64,000 nucleotides of DNA from Raillietiella orientalis (taxonomy: Eukaryota): the NCBI GenBank assembly GCA_036172245.1, contig JAYWIR010000021.1, positions 930,001 through 994,000 on the forward strand, given 5' to 3'. The notes beneath the pieces are model-generated. The model was not told the origin of the DNA. It saw only the letters and a program-made list of their open reading frames with translations, and did not search any database. Positions 26,305 through 40,400 of the stretch are shown here, piece after piece. Position 1 is the first letter of the stretch; each line of letters opens with the position of its first letter. The position numbers were made by a program, and so were the translations under genes.

Positions 26305-29300
26305 ATGGCTGCCAACGATGAGGAAACCGCTCATTTATATGAAGTTTTTCAGCATAGTTTTAATAAAATTGCAAATAAACAGACAAGTAAGCAAATAGTA
26401 ATGCATAACTTTTGTGGAGATTGTGTACGATGTTGTTTTATTTTTTGAAAATGTGAATTTCATACTGACCTGATACGTGTTAAGTATTGTGTACACTTAA
26501 TGAAAACTTTGGAACGTTGGAAGTCACGTAAATTATGAACCTTTTAGGATGAGTGAGATATTCGCCGTTTTTGACATTTGGTAAATGATTTTGGTATTAA
26601 CTCTTGTTTTTTAGGTGGATCATATCATACTAACATTGTTGACCAAGGAATGGTGAGTTAAAATTAATTGTGTTCAGAAACTAAATTTTGTTTCTAAATT
26701 GTTAGTGTTTCCCTGGTAATTACTGCCATGGAAATCAAAGTGATTCGTTTTCATCGGAATCTCCCTTTTATCAATTTAATAATCAATCTAGGAGGCATCC
26801 ATTAAATGAAAGTGAGTATTTACCTTTACTGTAGTTTCGGAGTCTAGTAGTCTAAAGAATAATGAATGATTTCTTTATGATGGCAAAGTCAGTCAATGCA
26901 CTAAGAGCTTTTGAAATAGAATTGTGTTTACTGTTTTAGTTGATTACTTTTATTTATGGTAGTTTTCCATAATTTTGTGCGCTGTTGCGAAGTAGATGCG
27001 TGAAATTTCCGAAAACGGAATTTCCACAGTTTTTGAGTTGTGTTAGAGGTTTTGTTTGTATTGTATACGTAGTGAGATTCAGTGTCCCATTTCGATTTTC
27101 GTTTTAAATTTATGACAGTATCCATGCCTATGGCAGTTCGTCTCTACATCCATCATCATTTTCGGAGATCAATTCTCATTATTAGTAGTCCAACTTATTA
27201 TGTGTTTAAACTCGTAATAGTTATATTTGTTGTTTGTTTTTTTGCTTCCTTTTTCTCAGCATTTGTTCAATTTAGATTAAAAATTAATCGCCACTCTAAT
27301 TCCATGTATTCTTTAACACTTTCATTGAATTCAGTGAATCCAGAAAGTTAGTCAATTACAACTTGTGTTTTGAGTTGGTACCAAATCGAAATATTCGCGA
27401 AAGTTTTTTGAAGAATTGATTGTATGCTGAAGTGGCAGAGGCTTCAGTTTTTTTTATTGCTTTTCCAATGCATTTTATTTCCAGTCTTAGTAGTGCAACC
27501 ATTTTCATGCCTTAAGATTTCACTACTGTGCCCCTTTGAAGTCAGTATTTTTCAGGTGTTTCTGCTAGTTGAAATTGCAACATGCATCAGTGATAAAAAG
27601 ACTCAAGTTTATGTTTCTCTTTATCATAAGCATTGTAATCAGTAGCATTCACTGTTTGGGCAAAAGTATTTTTGTAAATATTTAGAATGTAGTGTTAATT
27701 TAATCGATACTTATTAATAGCATAATGTACTGTTTGTCATAATTCACAGGTTTTAACTTTGTCTTTGTATTTGAAGTATTTCGGAGTTTGTTGTGTTTTA
27801 TTTCTTTAAGTAGTCTTTCCTATTAATGTACAGGTATTCAGAAATTCTGTCTGCATGTGATTTTTGTTTTTTATATTGATTTGATTGTTTTTTTTTTATT
27901 AAAGTATATGAAAATGTTTCGCTAAATGAAAACAAGTGTCGCCAGAACAGCAGGAATTTAGAAATGAGACTCTCTAGGTTGGAAATAAGTGCTTTGTATT
28001 TGGAATGAGAAGTATTGGGATATTGTTTTTGCTAATGAATGAGTTATTCAGTGTTTTGAGTAGCTAGGAGTGTAAAAAACCAAATTTTCTGAAATATGAA
28101 ATTAGCATTTGCTTATTTGTTGTTGTTTTTTGTACACAGTGGAAATTTTTAATGATAATAGCAGTATCTGATATTTTTTCCATCATATCTTATGTTCAGT
28201 TATAGTTGTCTAAGATGTTCTTGTAATGAATCCATTATCTAATGGATTTTATGCCTTTGAGTGTATATGATTATTGTTTCTTTGATTTCACAAAGTTTTT
28301 TTTTTTGTATTGTTTCAAAGATGACATTACTGACTTTTACATTGTTTTGCACTTTAATTTCAAGATCATGAAAATGTTTGCCTGTGAAGATTGTTTTATT
28401 CTAATATAAGAAATGGCTTGTTAGTTTGCAATATTGGAAATTGCTTCATGCTGTATCAGTCAACAAGTTTCTGTTAAATTACTGATTAAAATTTGCAAAT
28501 TATGCTTTTGAGTGAAACTTCATCTGGAAAGTTGGTGAAGCTTTTGGATGTGTAAATGGTGTTTAGATGTTATGTATTTATTTTCCACCAGGTCAATGGA
28601 AGCAACTACATGGGAATTTAACTTTCAGATGAATCTAAAAATAAAATATCTTTGATGCATTTTTGGAATGCTTGTTAGCTCACAAATTTGCCACTCTCAG
28701 CAAAACAAAAAGTTCACGTAAATTATTATGATGTAAAGTTTCATTATTTAGATTCCCATTTTGTGAATTTCATGTTGGTAAGAGATCATGTGTTTTGAAG
28801 TTACGAAATTCAGAAGCTAAATGGTACTCAAAATCTCCAAAAATTTAATAATGCATAATTGTCTGTTGATGTTGCCAGACTGACAATTTAGTCAGGAAAA
28901 GAGAGAAATTTCATAAGAAACTAGTGCAATAGTGTAGATTCGTTTTTTTGAAAGTAATTCAATGTTAATGAAGAGTGGATCTCGAAATAAAAAATTCATT
29001 ACTTTTCCAATGGGATGACATTGAAAATTTGAAGCATCATGTTCTAAAGTGATGGCAAATTATGAACCTTATTGCAAGCTTGAAACAATTTCAGAAGAAT
29101 TCAGAAAAAGTGGTTTGGCATGAATACGTTTTGTTAGCATTCAACATTGTAGATGGTAATCAGCGGAGCACATTGTGAATAGCCAAACCTAGTATTTTTA
29201 TTTAATTTGTAACATACAGTCCATTCAATAATTTTTTGAAAATAGCATGGAATATAATTTGCTTCCCTATGCATAGTGATGAAATCTGCTGTTACTGAGA

Positions 29301-32300
29301 CTTAATTGCTGAGTAAATAAACTACATCTTATTAGTTCAGAAGCACATTAATGTATTTCATGTTGTTTGGTGTTCTTAATAGCTTGATGATTAATATTAC
29401 AGAAAGGAACTGAAAAAACACACACACATGTTCACACATAGGTGTGAATTGAAACATAAATATAATGGAAATATATTAACTTGGAGGTATAGATGAATCA
29501 TAAGTTGAGAGTCTTGAATTTCCTAACAGATGTGAATTCTAGTCCACTCCTACAAGATTATTGGTCTTTTGATCAGTAGTTTCACACTGGCTTTGAAATC
29601 CTCAAATCAGTAGGCATATCTGGAAACGTAAGTTTTATTAATAACTAACAATTAGGTTGGAATTAAGAGTAACAGTTAATCATATTGTGAAATAATTAGT
29701 GACGAAAAATTTTGAATAAGCATATGGAAGTTTGTTATGTTAAATAAAAGTCTTTTTTGAAAACAGGTTGATTAGAAAGGAGACTTATTCGTAGTGATAG
29801 TTTTATCAACATATTAGAGATGCTATAATTGTTGATTTTGTGAAAAGTATGGAAATGTGAAAGTTTGTTGAAACTTATTATTTTGACTCCTTTTGTGTAA
29901 TTGCAATTATATAGAGGTTTTAATTTAAATGAAGACAATTCTGCACTTACCAAGTTCGTTCAAATACTTTTAAACCAGTTCTATTGAATTGTGCTTTTGT
30001 TTTTCATTAAAGTCTTATTAGGTATTGTCAATAAACAGGATTATTTTTTCGTCATAAAGCACTATTATCAAAATCTCCATCATCCTCATAGTAGGTGTTT
30101 CATCAAATCATCTTGCATTATAATGATTTTCTATTAAATTTATGACACATATTTGTTTTATCTGTTTGTTGCAAAAAGTTACAATCATCTCTTAATTATC
30201 TATATATACTGAATGCGTAAGTATACTGTGCATTGTATATATGCATGTGGTTTGCATTTTTGTGTTTCAATAAATTGCAAGTCGAAATTTTCTGACTTTG
30301 TTTATATTTTCAGATAACTTGAAGCTGTCATCAAAACCAGAGGTTAGTACTGAAATGATTTTTACAGAATCAATAAAGCATGGAATTCTATCTTTGAAAT
30401 TGACGAGTAATTTTAGTATAGAAATACAGAATCATAGATTCTGGCATTGGTACAACTCTATGTTTGGTCTATGTAACATTATAGTTCATAGCCAATTAAA
30501 GTTTAATCTTATCTGGAATTCTGCATTCATCTCAGCATTGTTATTGCCAGAAAGCATATTAAAAATTCAAATAATTAGAATTATACTCAGTTTGAAATAG
30601 AGAAATTGTAGGAGAGTTCTGATGAAATAAAATGTTTAATGACTTCATTCTAATAACTTCCTGTTGGAACAATTTAATTTCTACTCTGAGAAAAGATTCA
30701 AGAGAATTCAAGCCTCTAATTTTGAAAAGGTATATGTAAGATGAATGATCAATTTACAGTTTAATCTGTAATTCTGTGAGACTGCTAAGCAAAATTGAAA
30801 TTCCTAAATAAAAGTTAGACCTGATAGAAGGCATTGAAAACTTATGTGTTAGAAGGAAGCCTAGTAACAAGGATGATCTCACAAATTGAAAAGAACTCCA
30901 CAGACACCAGTGAAAATTGTCAGAACTTTTTTCGAGACAGAAGTAGTAGAACCAAAGTTTAGCCAATAAGTTTCTTTTGAGGCAATTGATTGTTTTCAAT
31001 GTAAAGGAAAAGCTGCTGTTGAATGTTTTTGCAACTAAGCCATGCATTGGTTCTCTTGTTCAGTTGAGATGTGAAATCAGTTTTAATAATGGTAACTTGA
31101 AGGAATTGAAAAACTAAATATTTTAAATTGGTAGTCTGATCAGTGTGTTGGTTAGAGCTTTGATAAAGCAAAATGGTGAAGTGATGTTTCACCACGTATT
31201 ACGAAAATCTTATGATTTGAGAAAATCTTGTATATTCAGTTGTAACTTTTAAAATGAAAGAAAATGTCCCAAAGTAAAAAAGCGATTTAATTCATGCTTA
31301 GCATACAAAAATTCGAGAGATAAAACTTTGCTGAAAGTTCATAGAATACAGCTCAGTTAAATGAGATAGTTTTCATAAAATCAAAGGTCATTAAGAGTTA
31401 ACAAATGTTAATTTAACACTTTTTGTATAATTAAAGGAAATTCCAAAACCTTATGTTAGAAAGAGAAATGTCCAAATATTTTAGGATGATCATCTATTTA
31501 CTCCTCAGTTTCCAATAAAGATACATATTGTGACACAGAATGTTGTTGTGATATTTTATCATACTGCTTTAATGTATCACCAACAACATGGTCTAAAATA
31601 TCAAATGTTTGAATGAAAGTTTAGCATTAATTTTTCATTTTAAAGCAGTTTGATCAAAGCACTGAAACAGGTTTACAGGCTGCAGTATGCAATTTGGATT
31701 AATACACTCAGATGTCAAAAGAAATTGCAATAACTCTATTTGAATTAGTTTGAAATTAAATTGGATGCATCACGGAAATGTGATCATCGTGAGATAGAAA
31801 CTAAGAAAAATGGGACTGAACTATTACTGTTTTACTGTGAATTTCATCTTGATATCATGAGACATGTGAATTTGTATCCAGTCATATATAAGATGAATTC
31901 AGACAAAGAGTTAGCATACATAAATCACATGCTGATCAGATTTTATTTTAAATGTGTACATTAAAAAGATGTGAATATAAAAGCTTTTTACAAAATAGGC
32001 AGTAATGTAAATTTATTTCACAAGTTTAAGTTTGTAATGGAATGGAATGCTTTTGATTTTTGTTTATTTGTGTTAAGCAAAAACATTTATGCTTGAAACC
32101 ATTTGTGTTGAAGCAGCAGTATTGTCTTTAAAAAGCAGTAGAAAAGATTTATAGAAATTTCCATCAAAATTCTTAAATAAAGGGAATCAGCAAAAGCAGA
32201 TTTTCAAGTCAGCTTGAGAACTGCATGTTTGCGATTTTAAAGATGAAAAAAACAAAAAATAAAAATAAAATCAAAATGAGTGCCAAGCAAGTTATAATCT

Positions 32301-35300
32301 TCAGAGAATAAGATCTTTCAACATATAACAAATTGAACACAATAATAGCCTGTAGTGTGTTATCTAAATTTTGTCTTGAAATAACTGAAGTAACAGTGAA
32401 CACCTGGAAAAAAGTCACTGTAGAGTATTGAAATTTGGAACAGAGAATAAAAGAAAGCAAAATTACAATAAGAGTATGAATTGTTAGAAGCAATACATTA
32501 AAAAAAAATTTTTTAAGCATTTCCTTGAGAAGTTTTTCTGAGCTCTGATTTGTGAAGCATCGCGGTTTTAAAAAAGGTGAATGGAGAAAACACGTTGTAA
32601 CAAATAAAAATGTAAACAAGAAAAGAAGACATGAAATTCCAGTGAAAAATAGATAATAAGAAAAAAAGATATTACATATGATACATATTGATGATGATCA
32701 TGCATGTAATGGGCTATGGAATGTGCAAGCTGGACTGCATCAAGAGTAAATGGCATGGCAATGCGTGTTTGCTTAATGCTGTTTATGAAATAAAGAAGAG
32801 AAAAGCATTACTCAATGTTTTGACAGTGATGCGGAGTTTTGGCTGGAACATTCAGGTATGTTCTTAAATCGTTTTTTTGTGCTGAAAAGAAGTTTTCTGA
32901 AAGCCAGAACACAGTTTCATCAGATGATGACTGTGAAAGAAGTAATTGTTTGGTTGTCTTCACATTCAAGTTCTTAAGTTATGGTTATTTCATTTTTATA
33001 GCATGGCATTATGCATTTTTAGTCATGAATTGGAATCTCATATGATTACAAGATGATTTTAGACAATGATGTATTGCTATAAGATGGAAATTAAGACACT
33101 GTGGAGTATTAATATCTATGATCATTGAAAATGTGATAGAATAAGAAACATTATCTTAATCACCTTGAGATAGCACTCATTTTAGTAGAATTCCTAAATG
33201 AAGATAAAGTTCTCTAATGCATTCCATATTGATTTGCCTACATTTCGAATGTGTTAACAGCCAATCAAGGGCAAGATATTAATTCATTCTTTTGTGTACC
33301 TTCCAGTGTGGAACTGCATAATGTGGTTGTCAAAGTACAGTACTTTTTTTTCAATGTGTATTCCACTAAATTTGTGAAGCAAACCGATTTATTAAATAGT
33401 GTGAGCTATGTGACAAAGTAACACAATTCTTTCAAGAAATAAGACTTGACTATTCACTCAGAATCTGAAACTATGCCTTTCTATCCAAATTTTAGTGTTC
33501 CTGTGCCATGAAGTAGCATGGAAACAATTCTTGTTTTGTCTTTAAAAAATTGTTTTTTTTTGTAAGATTTTTAGAAAAAAATAAGACTGGTTTTTCAGTA
33601 CTCAAATGCGAATGTCTGATATTATCAGTGTAATTTTACAGCAATTTTCATACAGTTCATTGGATAATTCTGATTTAAAATGTGTTGTAGTATAATTCTG
33701 AAGAATTCAGCCCAGCTTCTCCAAGATTCTCCTCACCAAAGACGTCTTTATATGGAGAAACGTACTATCTTGGTACGTAATTTATTTTTGGAGTAATCAA
33801 TTTCATAAATGTTGCATGAGTGTTGCAGCCAAATGACATTCTGTCCAATGTACATTTTATGCATGTAATGTCAGTGAAACTGACCACATCAGTAACTAAT
33901 TTTGATACTCTTTCAATCTCTTTATTCAACGTTAAAGACTGTGGGAAGATTGGGTTATATAATTATTTCTGATATACAAATCAGTAAATATTCTTTCATT
34001 CTGTGTTTTCCCATTCAAATAATTCTTTTCGTATAAACTTATGGGGAGAGAATTGTACTGTTTCTGCTTTTTAGGTGTTGCTTTTTTAGTGTTATGTAAG
34101 CCAAGTTCACTGAGGGCAGGATCCATAGTGATTGTGCATGCTAGTTTTCTTTGGTCTTCTTAACTTTTGCTCTTAGCTCTTCCTTTAGTTCCCTTTGGCT
34201 CTTCTGAGACTTTATAGGTATCCTTGATAGGTATTATTTGTAGGTATTCCAATCTTTGTAATCTTTTTCAAAGAGTACAAAGATTGGAATACACTGTGAG
34301 ACAACACTTGATGAGAACTTCACTTTCAAAAGTATCTTTGAAAAAGATTTTCCATTAATTTGCAAATTATGCTGATTTAATTGTATGTCTCTAAGGGTCC
34401 TATGAGTTCAAATGCTTCAAACATTGAATTAAAAATCAAAAGTAATGGTAATTATTTTTTCAAGCATCATGGTAATGAGTTGATTTAGTAGAGTGTTAAC
34501 TTTATGCTTATAAAAAGCTTTAACAATTGGCATGATGACTGTGCTGAAAAGTTTTTGATTGTCTAATATCATTTCGATATTGATATTCAATGAATGGAGA
34601 AAAAAAATTGCTTTCCATTAGGATAGGATGTAACATATTGGTTCAGTAATCCAAATACTGTAATGTGATGGCTGTTTGTTTTCTTGTTATCGGTTTTCTT
34701 CCCATTTTTGTTTCAGCAATTTATAGCTTTTTGTCTTTTTGTGTTTATGTATGAAATTCAAATGTATTGGCTATTAAAAGATATGAAAGATATGTTTTGC
34801 TTTATGAATACCTTAAATGTTTAGATTATTAACCTGGTAAGGGAAATTTATATGGAATACAAAATCAAATCTTCAAAAAAAATTGAAAAAAAATATTCTC
34901 CAATATTTATATTTGTGAGTTCTAGACTGTCACAGTTGATATAGAATTATTGAGATTAAAAGGAAAATAAGTTTTAATTTAATTTAATTAAGAATCTTTC
35001 ATGTGTTGCCTCAAGGTTTCCTTTTCATGTTTTCATAAAACAAAATTACTTTTTAAAAATTGTTGCCAGTACCATCAACGTTTTAAAATAATGCATTGGT
35101 TTTTATTCCTGGTTCATAGGAATCAAAGAAGATCGCTATTATTTCCAGAACTGTGTTTAGAAAATATCTGAACTATTGTTTTGTTGACATGTAATTGAAT
35201 CAGTTGCTTTGCTAAAACTTGAAAGTAAAAATGCTCTTTATAAGATAATGGTGGTAATCCAGCTGATCCTTGGTCATCATCTGAAAACCAATTGCCAGGT

Positions 35301-37434
35301 AGCTCCTATTCCAATTTCACTTCTGGGATGATAGGATCATCACATGTATTACAAAATGCATATCCAACAGTTCATCTTTCTCATGAATCTTTGGTAAATT
35401 TAAACTCTATTGCTATTTCTATTTAATTCAATTAAATTCAAGTACCATTGTGGTGCTTATATATATGAGTAGTTTGTAGTAAGATAGAAAGTTGGGAGAA
35501 CTGTTTTTGTTAATGCTGTTTTGTCTTTTTTTTTGTAGGCATTTCCAAATATTGGGAATAACCAAGAGATTATGAGTACAAGTCTTCCTCCAATGTCTAG
35601 TTTTAGAAATCCTGTGCCACCCTCTAGTAATATTCCAGTTAGTACTGCATTGTTTTCCAGTCACAGTCCCTCTCTGAGTACATCATCCACAACAGTCCAT
35701 AATTCAGGACAAACTGGTGATGCCCTCGGAAAGGCACTGGCATCTGTATGATGAAATCTGCTTTGTATCCATGTTCACCTTTGAGTTTTTTTAGATTTAT
35801 TCCACAGAGACCACAAATGGTGCATATACTTCACATTCATCAACACCGATTAGCTCCCCTTCTCCTTTGAATGGATCAGCAAGTGCACATTGGGTAGCAG
35901 CTTCCAGTCAACCCTCTACTTCCCCCCATTTTGTATCCGAGAGAAGTTTGCACAGCTTAGTGAGTACAATACGTCCATTGTTTTGTGGCAAAAGCAATTG
36001 AATTGTAGCATCGAGTGCAGGAGCATGAACGTTTCGGCAATCCTATGGGAATTTTACCAGAACCATCTGAGGTCACTGATTAGATCATTTAGAATAATTG
36101 GCAATAACTTGACCATTCCAGAGATGTGTTTTGCATGAAGGAAGTCGTATTGGTGAGAGGTTGGATGATGCTATCAATGTACTGCGCATCCATGCCGAAA
36201 ATCAAAACGTGCATGGGAATTTGGCGGCAGATAGCAGCCCTTCTCTTTCTTCCAATTCACATTCCAATGGTATTCTGGGATACCCACCATCCCTGGATGC
36301 CCATTTGGTAGATAATTTGAATAGCTTTTCTGATCACCATATTATAGTCAAGGCAGCATGTAATATCAGAAAACAAAGTGGGAACCATGAATAGCAGCAA
36401 TTCCGCGAATTTCGCTAACATACCTTCAAATTTACCAGCTCAACCACTTGATTCTGATCTGCAGCTGAAGCTTGATCATTTGACCCCTACTACATCAAGT
36501 ATGTATGAATTCCTTGTGTGTCTTGGCAACAATTCAATGCAGAAAAACGCAAAGAATTGCCTGATTTGATTGAGAATAAAAATGCCAGCACCAGTGCCAG
36601 TGTTAGTGACCTCAGTAATCCAGCATCTAATAAATCTGTTGGAGCATCATTGGGAAATCCAAGCAGTGCTCATCGTTCCAAAAGATCTAGAAGATAGTAA
36701 GTGTAAGAAGGCAGGGTACAAACTGCTCTTATTGTTGTTTAGTGCTGACGATGAAGAGGATCCTGAACTTAAAGCTCAACGTGAAAGAGATCGAAGGATG
36801 GCCAATAATGCCCGGGAAAGGTAAATGATGTTGACTGTTAACATGGTTCACAGCTTTGAGTCTTTTTTGCAATGTGATAAGTTGTTCTCTACTTTGATTA
36901 CTATTCAACCCAATGCATTGTAGCATTGTGTGCAAGCTACAATGCATTGGGTTGAATTCTATATGACAAAGCACAATGCAGTGTGAAGTAGTTTTTAATT
37001 ATCGTTTTTTTTTTTTTTTTTTTTTTTCGTTTCAGAATTCGTATAAGGGATATTAATGAAGCTCTTAAAGAATTGGGACGAATGTGCATGAATCACTTAA
37101 AGAGTGATAAGCCTCAGACAAAGTTGGGCATTCTAAATATGGCTGTAGAGGTTATTATGCAGCTAGAGGAACAGGTTCGAGGTGTGTATCAGCTATCACG
37201 GTGCTTCCTTAGCTTCATTTATTGGATGCGAGTCCATTTGCTTTTCTTTTCCAGAAAGAAATTTGAACCCCAAAGCAGCTTGTCTAAAGCGTAGGGAAGA
37301 AGAGAAAGCAGAAGATGGCCCAAAACTAGGACCTCCCCCAAGTTTGGGTCCAGCATTTGCATCATCTTTAGCTGTAAGCCTTCAGTATTAGTAAGCATTA
37401 TCTATGCTGATTATAGGAATCATGGGATAGCTGA
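26305..37434 (+). CDS. da: Class I bHLH E-protein (daughterless / hlh-2 / TCF3-4-12 family)
   Basis: First coding exon 26305-26386 [26 protein letters not shown] (resembles the daughterless N-terminus); later exons encode [42 protein letters not shown]; bHLH in exons 36743-36820, 37036-37181, 37255-37373 ([68 protein letters not shown]). Last exon 37417-37434 (ESWDS*) is inferred; without that splice the stop is at 37391. Some middle exons are uncertain. Confidence 0.95.
36903..36957. repeat. Perfect 22-bp inverted repeat with 11-nt loop, inside the intron splitting the bHLH domain
   Basis: ATTCAACCCAATGCATTGTAGC - ATTGTGTGCAA - GCTACAATGCATTGGGTTGAAT. Confidence 0.95.
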
Positions 37435-40400
37435 TGGACTAATATTAGGGTTCTGTTCCCATGTCTGCTGTGTGATAAGGACAATATACAAAAGAAAGTA
37501 TTTTTGCAATGTCATGCTGCCGTGCTTCTTATCTTCCTGCACATCTTGTAATCTGCAAGAGAAAATTGTGCTCATGTTTTAGGAAGACTGCTCAGGGTCC
37601 TTTAAAAGATGCATGCCTAATGGTCATGCTCATGCTGTGCTATGCTCAGTCATTTCATCTGCTTCACCTTGAATTCAGCACAAGTGTCTCCTCAGATGTA
37701 GAGTTGAGGAAGATCTTGAAATTGAGGATGTGTAGGCATTATACATCAAGTGTTGACTTTCATCTTTGCTTTCTGCTTGCACATCTCAGTTGTGAATCCC
37801 AGTGAGACACATGCAAAGTACTCTGAAACAAATCCGTGTTAAGTACACAATTGTGCCTACTACCTACTACCATTCCTTTATTTAAAAACTCTGAGAATTT
37901 CAACAAATGATTATATTGCAACTTAAATTATACATTGTGAAATCTCTAGCTTTCCCAGTTCTATAATTTCTAAACGATTATAAGCACAAAAAGGAAGCAT
38001 AATTGTTAAGAAACAATCCGAAGGGAAATATTTTCGATGCAGAATTTTATCGTGTAAAAAAAAACGAAAGGTAGTTTACAAAACATAATTATAAAGATTG
38101 AATAAAGTGATATTAATATACCAATTTGATAGCTACTCAAGTGTATTCAATGATTATGACAGCCTTGTTTGTTTTTAAATACTTGTATTTGACATACAGA
38201 ATTTTGAAGCACTCTTGCAATGACTTTAGTATACCGATGGCCACAAACAAATATGCTTTTGTCAGTTAACGAGCCATATGTTACGAAACGGATTGATTCA
38301 TACCAAGAAGCTAAGCATGAAGTTCAAAATTGTTTTCCTTTACCGTGGTTTGCAAAATGTTTGGTTTTGTGAATTTTTGTTTTTGGTTTATGTAGTGAGT
38401 GGTTCAATTTCTATGCAGAGCACTTTTAATCATTAATGTGTAAGAAAAAAACAAATGAGAAACTAAAAAAAGTTTGCGTTTCAAAATTGAGTTCTTAAAC
38501 TGATTGTGGTTTTAGATTAATTTTTAGGTTCAAGTTTCATCTGAAGCCGCTATGATTGCTTCTGCTTTATTTATTCAGTGTGGGGTTCTGTCCGAAACAG
38601 TTTGGAACAATTTGTTTCTCCCAAATAGCCTCAGCAGATTGTCCTTTGTACAGTATACAGTCACGCCAAGGAGCCGAGAGAAAGTCAGCGCCCCTGTGCG
38701 TACCTGGTGCGCAGAAGGAACCAACGTACTGACAAAGATGATGATGATAATGGGAGCAGTCGGCATTTAAAAAGTCAGTGTCGGCTCTGTAATGCAGAAC
38801 TGTCCAAAACGGATAAGTAAGATGCGTTCGGAATAATTAACGAGTAGAACGTAATGGTTAAACGGCAAAGGTCGTGGAAAAGGAAGCCCACCACGGGGTG
38901 TGTCGTTGATGATCTTTGCAGTAATTCAAGGTAGGCGTCGATAGGTAAAAAGTCTCACTTTAATAGCGCGGTACCAAAAAGCGCGTGGGAAGCCTTCTAA
39001 AAATTGGAAAGGTTTTTCGAGCACACGCGAGCGCGAAAAAAGTAGCGTAAAGGGAAGCGTGTGGCTACCAAGTGAAAGTGACAAGGGTGGTGCTGCTGGT
39101 CGTTGCTGCGTCGTGCCTCTCCGGGGTTCGGTTTGACTGCGGTGAGCAGAAGAGAGGCATTCCGGCAGCAACGAAGCTGCATCCGTGTTACTGTAGGCAG
39201 CACATCTTAAGAGCAAAAAGTTCATGTGACAGCATACGTGCACTCTGACGTCACGCAGAGCTGCAGGACCGAGTCGAGTGATGACGCAGGGATCGAGGCC
39301 GGAGAGCCGATTCAGCGCCACTGCCGACCACGCTCCATCCCGCCCGTTCGTTGCTTCCCCCAAGGAGTTGCCCTCCGGCAAGTTCAGGCATTCTCGGAAC
39401 GAGACATTGGGGAAGGCAGAAGGTTCCGGGGACACGGAACACCGGTGACGCAGTGGATGATGCGATGTGGACGAGGATCGGTGGAGGAGGAAGCCCAAAC
39501 GGAAAGGTTTTTACGCACAAAAGAGCACACCTGCACTTGCGGACCGATTTCGTTGTCTTCCTGTTTTAAAGTGATGGAAGCCGCTCGAAGGAAAAAAAGA
39601 AATCGCCAAACGGTACCGATGGCCTTCCTGTAGTGCTTCCTTTCGAGGGTTATGGAAAAACGGGACTCCGGATGCTAACCTCGAGTTATGGCGCTCCGTT
39701 CAACTCGAGCAAAGAAAAGCGATGGGATCATTGCGCGGCGAAGAACTTTGAGAAATAATCGCGGCAAAAAATACTCCCAATGGAGACAAGAGTCTCGTAA
39801 TCACGTTTGTAAGCAGCCACGCTTGGGTAGGGTTTCCCACAGGTGCCCACTGCGTGTTGTCAACTCTTTTCAGCCATATGGCGATGAAGACGGATCACTC
39901 AAGTGAAATGCAAGAGGAATTCAAGAGAAACTCTTACCGTTTGCTGCGCTCGCACGACAGGAGTTCCTGGGGGGCAGTCGTACATCTGACCAAGGGGACA
40001 CCCAAAAGTGCTGTTGCCTTGGCGCGTTTCTCTTGCAGCATCTCCAGGGCGGCATTCGTCGTGCTTCTTCCAGTACAGTGGCAACGGAGACGAATCTCTT
40101 TATGCACCTCGTGGACCTCCGCAAAGTCCCGTGGAGGAGTTCCTTCGTTTTCTTTAGCGACAGCGCGCGTCCTATCAAGAACTCACTTTGCATCGGAGTT
40201 TCTCTTGCTGGGAATCCTGAAGAAGGAATGCTTAGCCATTTTTCAAGAAATCTAGTAAGTGTTTACGGTCCCTGCATAAATCGAATGCTACTTTGCCACT
40301 GCTCAGAAGACTTCCCGGTTTTCGTTTTCTCCTCCGAAAATTCCAGAAACGTATTTTTCTCAACGAATTTTACGGATCTGATGCTATGTTGCACTGTAGC

